From positions 11,462 to 75,461 of the IMG/VR virus record IMGVR_UViG_3300043313_001099: DNA of 64,000 nucleotides, one strand, 5' to 3'. The translations under genes were made by a program, and so were the position numbers. The notes beneath the pieces were generated by a model. The model made no database searches and was not told the origin of the DNA. It was given only the letters and a program-made list of their open reading frames with translations. The stretch's first letter is position 1. Every line of letters starts with the position of its first letter. This DNA is from a virus. Below are positions 8,594 to 18,304 of this stretch, piece by piece.

Positions 8594-11530
8594 TCAGCCC
8601 TGACGGCCCACCCGAGAGCGCGCCTCGTTGGCCTGCTGAATCGCGGCCAGTTCCGCCGGAGTGATCCGGGCGTACTTGGCCTGGACCGTGGTCTCGTAGT
8701 GGTGGTGCGTCGTGCCCCCTCCGCTACCGCCAGCGCCGCCCCGTGGGACGACGCGGGCCCCGTACCAGTCGGCCGCCGTGCTGAGGATCGACATGGCGCG
8801 CCCGTACGGTCCCCGCTTGGGGATGAACGCCTCCCCGCCGGTTGCCGGCTCCGCATAGGCGTACCGGGCCGGGTACTCCGGGGAGTACACGGCGGCGTTG
8901 CGGAGCGCGCCCTCGGCGGCATGGGTGTACGCGCCGCCCCACCGCTCGAACTTCGTCCCGGGGTGGACCGTCTTGCGGCTTTGCCCGGTCGCGGTGTTGG
9001 TGATGATCGTGGTCGTCACGACTCGCCCGTTGAGCGCGTTGAACGACCGGGTGATCTTGTCGACCCGTTCCACCGCAGCATCCAGGCCCGGTACGTCGAT
9101 CCGGGTAGTGACGGACGGCGGCATCTTGGCGTAGTCCCCGATCAGGGTGTTGATCTGGGCGTCGTTGAGGCCGAGGTTGTGCAGCACGGTCCGCAGCGTG
9201 TTGATCTGGTTGTTGTACGCCGCATTGGCCGCGTCGATGGAGTGGGTCTGTTCGTACACCGCCTGTGCGGCCTTGGCCGCTGCCTCGGCCGCCTCCCCCA
9301 CAGCGACCCGGTTGGCGAGGGCGGCGGAGGAGTTCCCCGTGATGGCGTTGTGGTTCTCCTTGAAGCTGTCCTTGACGTTCTGGATCGCGTCGTTGGCGGC
9401 CAGCATCGCCTTGTCGGTGGACAGCATCGCCCCGTTGAGCTCATTCCACACATCAGTCAGGGTCTGACCCTTGCTGATTGCCTCGTCCAGGCTGCCCGCC
9501 ATGAGGCGCGCCTTGCCGGCCGCGTCCGCGAACCCCTTGGCAATGCCGGTGTTTGCGGAGGCCACCTCGCCGGCCGCCTTGTTGTACTCGCCGTACAGGC
9601 TGTTGATCTGTTCCATCGTGTAGCCCTGCTTGAGCAGGGCATCCCTGATCTCCCCGAACAGCAAGGCGGCCTGCGCCGCATTACCGTTCCGGGCCATGTC
9701 ACCCAGGCTCTTGTCCAGGTCCTTCTGGTCATTGTTGACCTGGGTGTACTCCTTCTTGAGGTCCCGCGCGGCGTCCGCGTTGCGAGTCGCCTTGGCGAAG
9801 AAGTAATCCATGTTGATCTTTGCGAAATGCTCACTGAACGTAGTTGCGTTGGTGCCGAGGACCTTCAGCGCCTCGCCGGTCAGCCGGCCGGTGTTGGCGA
9901 ACTGGACGAGCGTGGTTGTCAGGCCGTTCAGGTTCCGAGCTACCGGCTTGGAGTCCTTGTTCAGCCAGTCCATGAACGCCCTGATGCCCTCGACGGCCAG
10001 GATGGAGCCGGCCACGGTGACGCCCGCGATGCCGGCCCACTTGCCGACGCTGGCGAGCGCCCCGGCTGCCTTTTCGCCCGTGGGCCCCATCTCGGTCAGG
10101 GTCTCCAGGAAGTCCTTGCCGGCGTTCCGCGCCTTGACGAATCCGGCGGTCGCCAAAAGTCCAGCACCACCGATGCCGGTCATGTAGGTGGCTGTGGTCT
10201 GGAGCCAGGGCGGCAGCCCGGCGAAGATGTCAACGCCCTTGTCCGCAGTCTGTACGAGGGCGCGGAGGCCGGTGTTGGCACCGCCGGTACCGATGACCAG
10301 GGTTTCCAGGCCGCCCTTGAGCTTCTCTACGTCGCCGGCCAGGTTGTCCATCTTCTTCGCGGCGGTCTCGTTGGCCGCGCCGCTGTCGTTCACGGAGTCG
10401 ATGTACTCCTGTAGCCCTTTCGCACCCAGGCTGTAGAGGACCGTGGCTGCCCGGGTGGCGTCGGAGCCGAAGATCTGCGACATGGCCGCGTCTCGCTCCG
10501 CCTGAGACAGTCCGCCCAGCTTGGCCTGGAGCTGGTCCGCAAACTTCGTGACACCGATGAAGCGTCCCTGCTGGTCGTACAGGGTGATGCCGAGCTCCTG
10601 CATCAGCTTCTTCGTCTTCTCGGACGGCGACTGCAACGCCTGGAACATGGCCTTCAGGCTGGTGCCGGCGTCGGAGCCGACCAGCGCGCGGTCCGCGAAG
10701 GCAGACAGCACGCCCACGGTGTCCTCCAGGGAGAGGCCGACCTGGTGCGCAACCAGGCCGCCCTGCGCCATCCCGTCCGCGAGCTGCTTCACGTCGGCGG
10801 CGGACTTGTTGGCTCCGGCGGCGAGCACGTCCGCAACGTGCCCAACCGCGCTACCGCCGAGCTCGAAGATATTCATCGCCCTGGCTGCGTAGGTGGCGGC
10901 GTCCCCGAGCTCCAGGGTGCCGGCGGCAGCAAGGGACAGGGTGCCGGTGAGCGCCCCGCCGAGGATGTCCCGCGTGGAGACGCCAGCCTTGGCGAGCTCC
11001 TCCTCCGCCTGCGCGGCCTCGGAGGCGGAGAAAGCGGTGTCCCGGCCGGCCCGGATTGCTGCATCTCGCAGGTCATCCAAGCTGGCGGCGGCCTGCTGCA
11101 CGGACTGGCCAGTGGTGTCCAATACCGCGTCGACATGGGACATCTGCTGGTTGAAGCCGGAGGTGACGAAGGCGGCTCCGCCGAATGCGGCAAGGAGGCC
11201 GGTGCCGAGGCCGGCCACCCCGCCGATCATCCGGTTGAACTTGGCCTCATGGGTGGAGGCCAGGCGGTCCAGCTCTGCGCCGAAGCCCTTGGCGGCTTTC
11301 TGCCCTTGCTCCAGCGGAGCGCTGACCTTCCGCGCGCCCTTCGCCACGGTGTCCAGGCCGGTCCCGGCCTTGGTTGCGCTGACTTGTAGTGAACTGCCGG
11401 ACGCGGAGAGGAGGTCCATCTCGTGCCGGAGAGCCATCGTCTTGGCCGTGGCCGAGTCGGCGTCCTTGAGGTACGCGGCGAACTCGCTGCGCAGCTTCAC
11501 GGTCACGGTGCGGGCAACGTTCCCCGACAT
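8594..11530 (-). CDS. Tape measure protein (TP901-family domain, 978 aa)
   Basis: FSASEAAQAEEELAKAG, ADVLAAGAN and GSDAGTSLK motifs; long Ala-rich helical protein. Confidence 0.95.
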   Translation of the reverse strand: MSGNVARTVTVKLRSEFAAYLKDADSATAKTMALRHEMDLLSASGSSLQVSATKAGTGLDTVAKGARKVSAPLEQGQKAAKGFGAELDRLASTHEAKFNRMIGGVAGLGTGLLAAFGGAAFVTSGFNQQMSHVDAVLDTTGQSVQQAAASLDDLRDAAIRAGRDTAFSASEAAQAEEELAKAGVSTRDILGGALTGTLSLAAAGTLELGDAATYAARAMNIFELGGSAVGHVADVLAAGANKSAADVKQLADGMAQGGLVAHQVGLSLEDTVGVLSAFADRALVGSDAGTSLKAMFQALQSPSEKTKKLMQELGITLYDQQGRFIGVTKFADQLQAKLGGLSQAERDAAMSQIFGSDATRAATVLYSLGAKGLQEYIDSVNDSGAANETAAKKMDNLAGDVEKLKGGLETLVIGTGGANTGLRALVQTADKGVDIFAGLPPWLQTTATYMTGIGGAGLLATAGFVKARNAGKDFLETLTEMGPTGEKAAGALASVGKWAGIAGVTVAGSILAVEGIRAFMDWLNKDSKPVARNLNGLTTTLVQFANTGRLTGEALKVLGTNATTFSEHFAKINMDYFFAKATRNADAARDLKKEYTQVNNDQKDLDKSLGDMARNGNAAQAALLFGEIRDALLKQGYTMEQINSLYGEYNKAAGEVASANTGIAKGFADAAGKARLMAGSLDEAISKGQTLTDVWNELNGAMLSTDKAMLAANDAIQNVKDSFKENHNAITGNSSAALANRVAVGEAAEAAAKAAQAVYEQTHSIDAANAAYNNQINTLRTVLHNLGLNDAQINTLIGDYAKMPPSVTTRIDVPGLDAAVERVDKITRSFNALNGRVVTTTIITNTATGQSRKTVHPGTKFERWGGAYTHAAEGALRNAAVYSPEYPARYAYAEPATGGEAFIPKRGPYGRAMSILSTAADWYGARVVPRGGAGGSGGGTTHHHYETTVQAKYARITPAELAAIQQANEARSRVGRQG

Positions 11531-11533
11531 GAC

Positions 11534-11971
11534 TCACCCCCCCGGCGTGCTCCGGCGGGGGACGTACCGCACCCGCCACCTGAGGGCGTGCATCCGCTTC
11601 GCCCCGGACTTCTCGTGCTGCTCGGCGGCGGCACCGAGCACGTCGCAGGCGTGGCACCGCACCTTGGCGGTGACCCGGTACCGGCCTTCGCGCTCCGGGG
11701 CTGTGGTCTCCGTCAGGTTCCCGCCGCAGCCCTCGCACCGGGAGTCCTCGTAGACCTGAAGCGCGAGCATGTAGGCGCGCTGCTGCTCGGTCCATTCCGT
11801 CTCGCGCGTGGTGACGGAGCGGATCACGCGCCCCCGGTCGTCGTACTCGTGCTCGGTGACCGTGGTGGGCTCCCAGCCCTCCAGCCGGGCAACGGATACG
11901 CCCAGCGTGCGGGCGGTCCGGATCAGCGCGCGGAGGTCCCCAGAACTCTCGACGCGGCTGACGAGAAAGGG
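11534..11971 (-). CDS. Tail assembly chaperone, -1 frameshift extension (gpGT-like)
   Basis: Frame of ORF 11534..11827 stays open upstream to the slippery heptamer C CCT TTC at 11965-11971. Confidence 0.75.
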   Translation of the reverse strand, partial: PFLVSRVESSGDLRALIRTARTLGVSVARLEGWEPTTVTEHEYDDRGRVIRSVTTRETEWTEQQRAYMLALQVYEDSRCEGCGGNLTETTAPEREGRYRVTAKVRCHACDVLGAAAEQHEKSGAKRMHALRWRVRYVPRRSTPGG

Positions 11972-12498
11972 ACGGAGACGGCCGCCTTGTTCAGTCGCCA
12001 GGCGGCTTTCACGAGGTCATCGAACTGGGCGTCCGCGATGCCGGTCTCCGGATCGAGCATGGCTGCCCAGTCCTCGTCATCGATCTCCGGGGAGACGATT
12101 GACTTCCGGACGACGGCGAGGTTGAACGCATCGAGGTCGACGCCGGCTTTCACGTCCTCCTCGTTCTCGTCGTTCGGCGGGAACTGCGCCACCAGGGCGT
12201 TCCAGCCGTGGTCTCCCGGCGGGAGGGCGCGGAGCCGGAACACCTCGACGCTGCTCTCCATCTCGGCGCGGAGGGCCTCGATCCGTTCCGCGATGGCGCG
12301 CTTGTCCGCGCCGGAGGAGAGCCGGTCGTCGGGTTGGGTGCCGGCCCTGACCAGCTCGATGTCGAGCTCCTGGATCTCGGCGTAGAGGTCACCGCGCAGG
12401 TAGACGGGGACGCTGAACTCGGCGCGGCGGTTGTTCTTGAGGCGGTCCTTGAGGCGGCCCGGCTTGGCGGCCTTGGCGCGCGGGGTACGGGTGGTCAT
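11923..12498 (-). CDS. Tail assembly chaperone (gpG-like)
   Basis: Between major tail and tape measure genes; start MTTRTPRAK; acidic. Confidence 0.85.
   Translation of the reverse strand: MTTRTPRAKAAKPGRLKDRLKNNRRAEFSVPVYLRGDLYAEIQELDIELVRAGTQPDDRLSSGADKRAIAERIEALRAEMESSVEVFRLRALPPGDHGWNALVAQFPPNDENEEDVKAGVDLDAFNLAVVRKSIVSPEIDDEDWAAMLDPETGIADAQFDDLVKAAWRLNKAAVSVPFSSAASRVLGTSAR
11965..11971 (-). other. Programmed -1 ribosomal frameshift site CCCTTTC
   Basis: X XXY YYZ heptamer in frame (GTC CCT TTC) about 13 codons before the gpG stop; -1 frame open to 11534. Confidence 0.8.
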
Positions 12499-12596
12499 AG
12501 CTGGCCCTTCGCTGGCTGGCCCGGGACATGGTGAGGGGCGGCGCGCCGGGCCAGGTGGCGCGCCGCCCCGGTAAGGGGTGGTCGGGCAGGCGGTCG

Positions 12597-13109
12597 TTAC
12601 GCGGCGACTGTGGCATCCTGGGCCACGGCGGAGCGGACGAAGATCTCCTGCTCGATCTTGAGGGTGGCGTTGTCCTCCTTGGGCAGCTTCACCTGGTAGC
12701 CGCACTCGGCCGGCCACACGTCCACCTTGTCGGCGGCGGCCATGGCGACCTCGTACGCCTTGCCCCAGCGGGCCACGACGTAGCCCTGGGTCAGGTGCCG
12801 CAGGGTCGTGAATGCCTTGTTGTCGGTCGCCCCAACAGCGGCCTGCTGCCGGTACACGTACCGGAGACTCAGCGAGTTCGTGTAGCGGCCAGCCCTTTTG
12901 AAGGTCTGCCGGGAGCCGAGGCGCTCATCCGTGGTGGCCTGCTGGTCCGTGGTCGGGTTGAAGCCGTCGTTGGTCAGGTAGTCGGTCAGGTCGACTACGC
13001 CAACGGCGGTCACCTCTGCGGTGGTCGGGTTGGTGGGGTCGGCCAGGGCCGGCACCCACAGAACCTTGACGTTGCCGTCGCCGTAGTCGGCTGCGGGCGC
13101 AGTGGTCAT
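12597..13109 (-). CDS. Major tail (tube) protein
   Basis: DGNVKVLWVPALADPTNPT and DKVDVWPAECG motifs of actinophage tail tubes. Confidence 0.88.
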   Translation of the reverse strand: MTTAPAADYGDGNVKVLWVPALADPTNPTTAEVTAVGVVDLTDYLTNDGFNPTTDQQATTDERLGSRQTFKRAGRYTNSLSLRYVYRQQAAVGATDNKAFTTLRHLTQGYVVARWGKAYEVAMAAADKVDVWPAECGYQVKLPKEDNATLKIEQEIFVRSAVAQDATVAA

Positions 13110-13162
13110 GGTGGGGTCACTCTCCTGTCGGGGGATTGCCGGCGGGGCCGGTCAGGCGGGGG

Positions 13163-13366
13163 TCAGGCGGACTTGGCTGTGGCCTTGCGGATGGCCTCGG
13201 CCGGGGTGGCGTTCGGTACCGCCGGGCGCGGAACCGCTCCGGGCCCGGAGAGGCGCGGGACGCCGGGGACCTCCACGAGTCCGTCCGGCAGGGGGAAGGA
13301 CTCCAGGGGAACGTCGTACTCGTGGCCGAGTGCGGTATCGCGGACCCAGACCCAGGTGGTGGACAC
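13163..13366 (-). CDS. Hypothetical protein (67 aa)
   Basis: GTG start with AAAGGAG RBS. Confidence 0.7.
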   Translation of the reverse strand: MSTTWVWVRDTALGHEYDVPLESFPLPDGLVEVPGVPRLSGPGAVPRPAVPNATPAEAIRKATAKSA

Positions 13367-13416
13367 GGTGACTCCTTTCGCCGGGCAGCGGCCCGGGTGG
13401 CGGGCCGGCGCAGCGG

Positions 13417-13842
13417 TCAGGAGCCGGCCGGCATGGAGGCGAAACTGAGGGTGATCCACCCGAACCGGGTGGGCTGGCCGTCCGGCGTGCGGACGGACGG
13501 GTCGGTGCGCGGCGGCCCCGAGGCGGCGACCTGCTGGACGCGGGTACAGGTCCGGCCGGGGATCGGGAGCGCCCTGCCGACGACGGAGGCGGCCACCCGG
13601 TCCAGGGCGGCCAGGACCTCATCCGTGGTCTGGCCTACGGCCGTTACCTGGATCATGGTCGTGGCGGTATGGGCGGTACCGTGGAGGTTGATTCCGGCAA
13701 GGCCGGCCGGCGGCGTCCACACCACGAGGTAGGGGAACCGGAGCTCCGAGTCGGGCCCGGTCACATCTCCCTGGAAAGTCTGGTAGTCCAGGGGGACGAG
13801 CGCGGCGGCAAGCGCGGTGGCGTGGGCGCGGGTCACGTCCAT
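13417..13842 (-). CDS. Tail terminator
   Basis: PYLVVW and IQVTAVG motifs; synteny. Confidence 0.75.
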   Translation of the reverse strand: MDVTRAHATALAAALVPLDYQTFQGDVTGPDSELRFPYLVVWTPPAGLAGINLHGTAHTATTMIQVTAVGQTTDEVLAALDRVAASVVGRALPIPGRTCTRVQQVAASGPPRTDPSVRTPDGQPTRFGWITLSFASMPAGS

Positions 13843-14199
13843 CTACGCACCGCCGATCGGGTTGGCGACGGCGCGGAGGGCGGCCGTGAATCCGGGCTCC
13901 ACCTGATCGGCGGCCGGCCCCATGAACGGGCGCGGGGCCATCTTGGCGGTGCCGAACTCCAGCTCCGGGGAGTAGTCCGTCTCCGGCCCGAGAATGACCT
14001 CGACTGCCTCCAGGCTCTCCTCCTCCACGTCCATGCCGATGGAGTTTTTCGTGGCTCCGGTGTCCACGGGGACGATCGTCTGGGCGTGAGCCACCCCGTC
14101 CATTCCGGACTTGCGGGTGATGAGCGACACCTGTCCGGGGAGGGTTTCGGAGTGGTGCTGCATGGCGGAGATCAGCTCGTTCATGCCGGTGTAGGACAT
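13843..14199 (-). CDS. HK97 gp10-like neck/tail-completion protein
   Basis: PVDTGATKNSI and LEFGTAKMAPRPFMGPA motifs. Confidence 0.88.
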   Translation of the reverse strand: MSYTGMNELISAMQHHSETLPGQVSLITRKSGMDGVAHAQTIVPVDTGATKNSIGMDVEEESLEAVEVILGPETDYSPELEFGTAKMAPRPFMGPAADQVEPGFTAALRAVANPIGGA

Positions 14200-14212
14200 C
14201 CGGCACCCCCTC

Positions 14213-14674
14213 TCACCTGTTGACGGGCGGGGTGCTGGTGCAGGTGAGGGTCCAGGTCCAGGCCAGGGAGGACCGGGCCATCGACATCACCCAGAGGCGC
14301 GCGCCGACCAGCTCCGGATGCGCCGGATGGGCGGTGACCGTGAGGAGGTCTCCCACGGCGGGGTCCAGTTCGGAGCCGAACAGGACCAGACCCACCGAGT
14401 AGCGGGAGCTGGTCACGTCCCGCCCGCCGACCTCCTCGGAGGCGGCCTCCCGGTCGGCCGGCTGGATGACAGCCGGCCCGGAGTACAGGAGCGTCGGGGC
14501 CGGCAGTTCCGTCCGGCCCGTGACCTCGTTGAAGATGCCGGCGGCGGCGGAGCGTGGTCGGTGCAGGGTGGCGGTCGCGGTCATCACACCCTGCGCGGTG
14601 GCGGCGTGGTACAGCTCCCAGCCTGGCGGGATCGGCCCGCTACCCGGCCGCTGCGGGTACCCGGGGCGCGGCAC
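14213..14674 (-). CDS. Head-to-tail stopper (DUF6093-like)
   Basis: LYSGPAVIQ and VGDLLTVT motifs; synteny. Confidence 0.75.
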   Translation of the reverse strand: MPRPGYPQRPGSGPIPPGWELYHAATAQGVMTATATLHRPRSAAAGIFNEVTGRTELPAPTLLYSGPAVIQPADREAASEEVGGRDVTSSRYSVGLVLFGSELDPAVGDLLTVTAHPAHPELVGARLWVMSMARSSLAWTWTLTCTSTPPVNR

Positions 14675-14677
14675 CGG

Positions 14678-15316
14678 TCACCACCCGCCGAAGTAGCCGC
14701 AGTCGCGGCGGCCGGGGTACTCGATCACGTCCATGGCAAACGGGTCGCCGTCCGCGTCGTACCTGTCGGCCTGCTCCCGGAGGGCGCGTGCACGGGCCCG
14801 GAGCTCGGCGGCGACCGCCGGCCCGTTCGTGGACACGTCCATGGTGCGGACCTGCTTGGACACGAGGGCCTCGTTGGAGGCGATGGTGTCGAGGGCCTGC
14901 GCGGCAGCCAGCCGGACGTTCCCTCCCTCCAGGGCGAGGAAAGCGGAGATCTCCGCGTCGGTGAACGTCGGACTGGCGGTGTCCACGTCGGAGATCAGGA
15001 GCCGGACCCGGCCGAGGTCTGTCGTCGGGTCGGTGGTGATGAGCGCCCCGGCGACCAGATGCGGCAGGACAACGAACGTTCCCTCAACGGCGTCCCCGAC
15101 CGTGCCCGTGGCCTCGGCCCGGTAGGCGTGGAGGCCGGGGAGGGTCGGGGCGTAGGCCAGCCGGTACGGGATCCCCGGGGCCACGTCCATCGGCGCGGTG
15201 CTGCCGTCCGGGAGGGTGACAGTGCCGGTCACGGTCGCGGTGTCGACCGGCGTCCCCTCGATATCCACGAGCGGCCACTCCACGACCGCCGTGCGCCCGA
15301 TCCAGTACGTCGTCAC
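14678..15316 (-). CDS. Head-to-tail adaptor fused to an N-terminal Ig-like domain
   Basis: GTG start overlapping the upstream stop; C-terminal GRVRLLISD...FTDAEISAFL...RLAAAQALDTIA adaptor motif; about 85-aa beta-rich N-terminus. Confidence 0.8.
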   Translation of the reverse strand: MTTYWIGRTAVVEWPLVDIEGTPVDTATVTGTVTLPDGSTAPMDVAPGIPYRLAYAPTLPGLHAYRAEATGTVGDAVEGTFVVLPHLVAGALITTDPTTDLGRVRLLISDVDTASPTFTDAEISAFLALEGGNVRLAAAQALDTIASNEALVSKQVRTMDVSTNGPAVAAELRARARALREQADRYDADGDPFAMDVIEYPGRRDCGYFGGW

Positions 15317-17550
15317 CTCAGTACCTCCCCGTTCCGGTCGGCCAGGCTGGCGGTGCTGCGCGGGGCCAGTCGCGGCCCGGGGCGGGAGACGGCGGCAGGG
15401 TTGCCGCGCCCCGCCGGGAGAGGAGACCCTGCTGGTACCACCCGTGCTCGAGCACTGAGCTGTCCGGCGGCGTGGACCTGTGACAGCGCGACGAGTACCG
15501 GCACCGACGCCACGGCCAGGGTGAGGCTGCTGGCGGCTGCGCCGGCCGCGCCCCGGATGACCGTGCCACCAGCCCCGGCGGTGACTCCGGCGGTGAGGGC
15601 GGCGTCGGCCGGCCGGACCGGCGTGGAGCCAGCGGTCAGCGCGGTGCCGGCGGCCAGGGTGCTGCCCGTGATGGCGACCCGACCGGCCGCGCCAGTGAGG
15701 GCGTGTCCAGCGGCGAGGTCCGCCGCGCTGACCACTATGCGGCGACCGGCCGCGTCCAGGAGACCGGACGCGGCGAGCCCCGAACCGGCTGGAGCCACCC
15801 GGCCGCCGGCCGCCGCGAGGGTGCCGGCGGCGAGGAGCCCGGCCGCGCCCCCCACCACTACCCCGGTGCTGGCGGCGGCAAGGAGCCCGGAAGTGGCCAG
15901 GGCGGAGCCGGAGGTGACGAGGCGGAGCCCGGTACCGGCCAGGGCTCCGCCGGCCAGGAGTTCGGCATCGGCATCGGCCACGCCGGCGCGGGGGATGCTG
16001 GCCGAGGCCAGGAGGTGCCCGGCCGTATCCAGTGTCGCCGTGGCGACAAACAGGTGTGTGCCGGAGCAGTCCAGGGTGGCGGCGGCGGCGAGGGCGGCGT
16101 CGGCCACCTTGACGGCCACGGCCGCACCGGACAGGGCGGCGGCGGCGGACAGGGCGGCGGTGCTGCCGGAGAGTACCCGCGTAGCCGCCCCGTTCAGTGT
16201 CCCCAGCGCGTCCAGGGCGGATGAAGCCTGCCCGACCGGGGTTCCGGTAGGGGTGAGGGTTGCGGCAGCGTCCAGGGCCACCGTGGGGGCGGCGACCCGG
16301 AGCGCTGTGGCGCTGCTGGTTCCGGAAGCGGCCAGGGCGGAGCCGGTCACGGCAACAGGGAGCGCGGCGGAGGAGAGGGAGCCGGCGGCCGTCAGGGCGG
16401 ACCCGGCCGGGTGGACCGGCGTACCGGCGGCGGAGGCCGTGCCTCCGGCGGCCAGTGCGGCGGAGGCGGCACGTACCGCAGCGCTGGCGGCGGAGAGCGT
16501 ACCGGCGGCGATCTGCGCCGACGCCGCAACCGCAACGCCGGTGCCGGTACCGGACAGGGCGGCAGCGGCCGTCAGGCTGGACACGGCCACCTTGACCGGC
16601 GTGCTGGCGGCGGAGAGGGCCTGTGCGGCGGCCAGCGCGGCGGCGGCTTTCGCCACCCCGGTACCGGCGGCGGCGAGGGAGGCGGCGGAGGACAGGGCGG
16701 ACGCGGCCACGGCGACCGGCAGGCCGGCAGCGGCCGTGGTCCCGGCGGCGGTGAGCGCCGAGGTCGGGAACTGGACCAGGCTGCCTGTGGTCGTGAGGGT
16801 CTCGTCGGCGGTCAGGGCGGACGCCCCGATGGCGACCTCCGTACCGGGCCCGTCCACTCCTCCGGCGGCGACGAGGGCCACGCTTGCAGCGGCAACCGCG
16901 ACCGGCCCCGGGTACCCGGTGTCGGTGACCACGAAGTCGTCCATCCACCAGGTCGGCACGGAGGCGAGGGCGGCGATCTGGCCGAACTGGATGCCGCCGA
17001 TCTGCGTGGTGCCGAAGTTGCCGGAGGCCACCGTGACGGTCTCCGTGGGCGTGCTCGCGGAGTCCATCGTGGACCAGAGCTTCATCTCGGCGGTGCCGGT
17101 GGTTCCGATGGTGCAGAAACCCTCCAGCCGGTACCAGCTTGACACCGCAAACGCCGTGGTGCTGTTGCCGACCGGGTTGTTGTCGGCCTGCCGGATCTGG
17201 AGGATGCGGCCGGTGGTCCACGCCCATCGCATGATCTGGAGGCCGGCCGAGGTAACCAGCCGGCCCCCTGAGAACGCCGTGGAGAAGCTGGCGGGGGTAC
17301 GCACGTAGACCCGGAAGTAGACCGTATTGAGGACGGAGAACGTCCACGCCACGAACGCCTGCACGGCGCTGGCCCCGGTGGCCACCTTGATGGAGACGGT
17401 GCCGTGGGCGGACTGTGCGGAGTCGGACGCCAGGGTTGCGCCGGAGCCGGCCTGCACGTCGTTGAAGGCGTCGAAGCTGGCTCCGCCCGAGTTGCCGATG
17501 GATACGGGGGTGCCGGAGGAGATCCCCTCGACGGTGTTGGTCAGCCTCAT
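15313..17550 (-). CDS. Virion fibre protein: N-terminal lectin/LamG-like beta domain plus about 21 Ala-rich 20-aa repeats
   Basis: YFRVYV, WYRLE and WMDDFVV beta-sandwich motifs; repeats such as SALTAAGTTAAAGLPVAVAA. Confidence 0.75.
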   Translation of the reverse strand: MRLTNTVEGISSGTPVSIGNSGGASFDAFNDVQAGSGATLASDSAQSAHGTVSIKVATGASAVQAFVAWTFSVLNTVYFRVYVRTPASFSTAFSGGRLVTSAGLQIMRWAWTTGRILQIRQADNNPVGNSTTAFAVSSWYRLEGFCTIGTTGTAEMKLWSTMDSASTPTETVTVASGNFGTTQIGGIQFGQIAALASVPTWWMDDFVVTDTGYPGPVAVAAASVALVAAGGVDGPGTEVAIGASALTADETLTTTGSLVQFPTSALTAAGTTAAAGLPVAVAASALSSAASLAAAGTGVAKAAAALAAAQALSAASTPVKVAVSSLTAAAALSGTGTGVAVAASAQIAAGTLSAASAAVRAASAALAAGGTASAAGTPVHPAGSALTAAGSLSSAALPVAVTGSALAASGTSSATALRVAAPTVALDAAATLTPTGTPVGQASSALDALGTLNGAATRVLSGSTAALSAAAALSGAAVAVKVADAALAAAATLDCSGTHLFVATATLDTAGHLLASASIPRAGVADADAELLAGGALAGTGLRLVTSGSALATSGLLAAASTGVVVGGAAGLLAAGTLAAAGGRVAPAGSGLAASGLLDAAGRRIVVSAADLAAGHALTGAAGRVAITGSTLAAGTALTAGSTPVRPADAALTAGVTAGAGGTVIRGAAGAAASSLTLAVASVPVLVALSQVHAAGQLSARARVVPAGSPLPAGRGNPAAVSRPGPRLAPRSTASLADRNGEVLR

Positions 17551-17578
17551 CCGGTCCCCCTCTCCTGCCCGGTGCGGA

Positions 17579-17959
17579 TCAGGTCATGGAGGCGGTGAGG
17601 GCTCCGATGGCGATTTCGAGGGAGTCGCCGGCCGCGACCGTCTTGGAGGCGGACAGCGCGCCGAAGGCGATGCGGCGCGGAGTGCCGGCCGAGTCGTACA
17701 GCTCGATGCCGACGACAGTGCAGGCGGGCAGGTTGTTCCACCGCAGGAGGCCGGTGTTCGCGGTGGCGGCGGCCGAGGCGGAGGAGAACGTGACCGACTG
17801 GCGGGCGTACGAGCCGCCCGTGACCTCGGTACCGGCGGCGGTGGAGCTGCCGGCCACGGTCATCAGGGCCACCTTGACCGGCCCGGTGGGGGCGGTGTAG
17901 GCGGCGGTACCGAGTGTGGCGTCCAGGAGGCGGTTGGCCTCGGTCTGCACGGTGGACAT
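17579..17959 (-). CDS. Small virion fibre subunit (126 aa)
   Basis: VALMT...GTEVTGGSYARQSVTF motif common in phage head/neck fibre subunits; adjacent to the repeat protein. Confidence 0.72.
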   Translation of the reverse strand: MSTVQTEANRLLDATLGTAAYTAPTGPVKVALMTVAGSSTAAGTEVTGGSYARQSVTFSSASAAATANTGLLRWNNLPACTVVGIELYDSAGTPRRIAFGALSASKTVAAGDSLEIAIGALTASMT

Positions 17960-18049
17960 GGGGTGCCTCCCGGGGAGTTGGCGGGTGTCGGGGGATGGTG
18001 GTGCGGCCGGGCGGGGCGCGCGGAGAAGTTGCGCCCCGCCCGGTCTCGG

Positions 18050-18304
18050 TTACTGGCCGGCCCGCTTGTCGGGGGTAGCGGCCCGCTTCGCCCGCTGAGG
18101 GGCCCTGCGGGGCTGGGTCGGCCGGGCCGGCTCCGTGATGTCCACGGAGACAGGTCCGGTCGGCTCCGCCGTGTCCGGGGTTGTGGGGGCCGGGAGCCGC
18201 TCATGCAGCACATCCAGGAGGTCATCCAGTTGGTCAGCGAGGAGGCCGAGCATCTGGTCCGTGGAGGTGATGGCGTGGGGGCGGTCCCGGCGGGTCCGGC
18301 TCAC
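18050..18304 (-). CDS. Hypothetical protein (84 aa)
   Basis: GTG overlapping the capsid stop (GTGA); Pro-rich tail. Confidence 0.65.
   Translation of the reverse strand: MSRTRRDRPHAITSTDQMLGLLADQLDDLLDVLHERLPAPTTPDTAEPTGPVSVDITEPARPTQPRRAPQRAKRAATPDKRAGQ

Noticed and set aside
14318-17347. 996-aa plus ORF and the Arg-rich upstream part of the 889-aa minus ORF
   Set aside because: Shadow frames of the Ala-rich fibre gene; only 14678..15316 of the 889-aa frame looks coding
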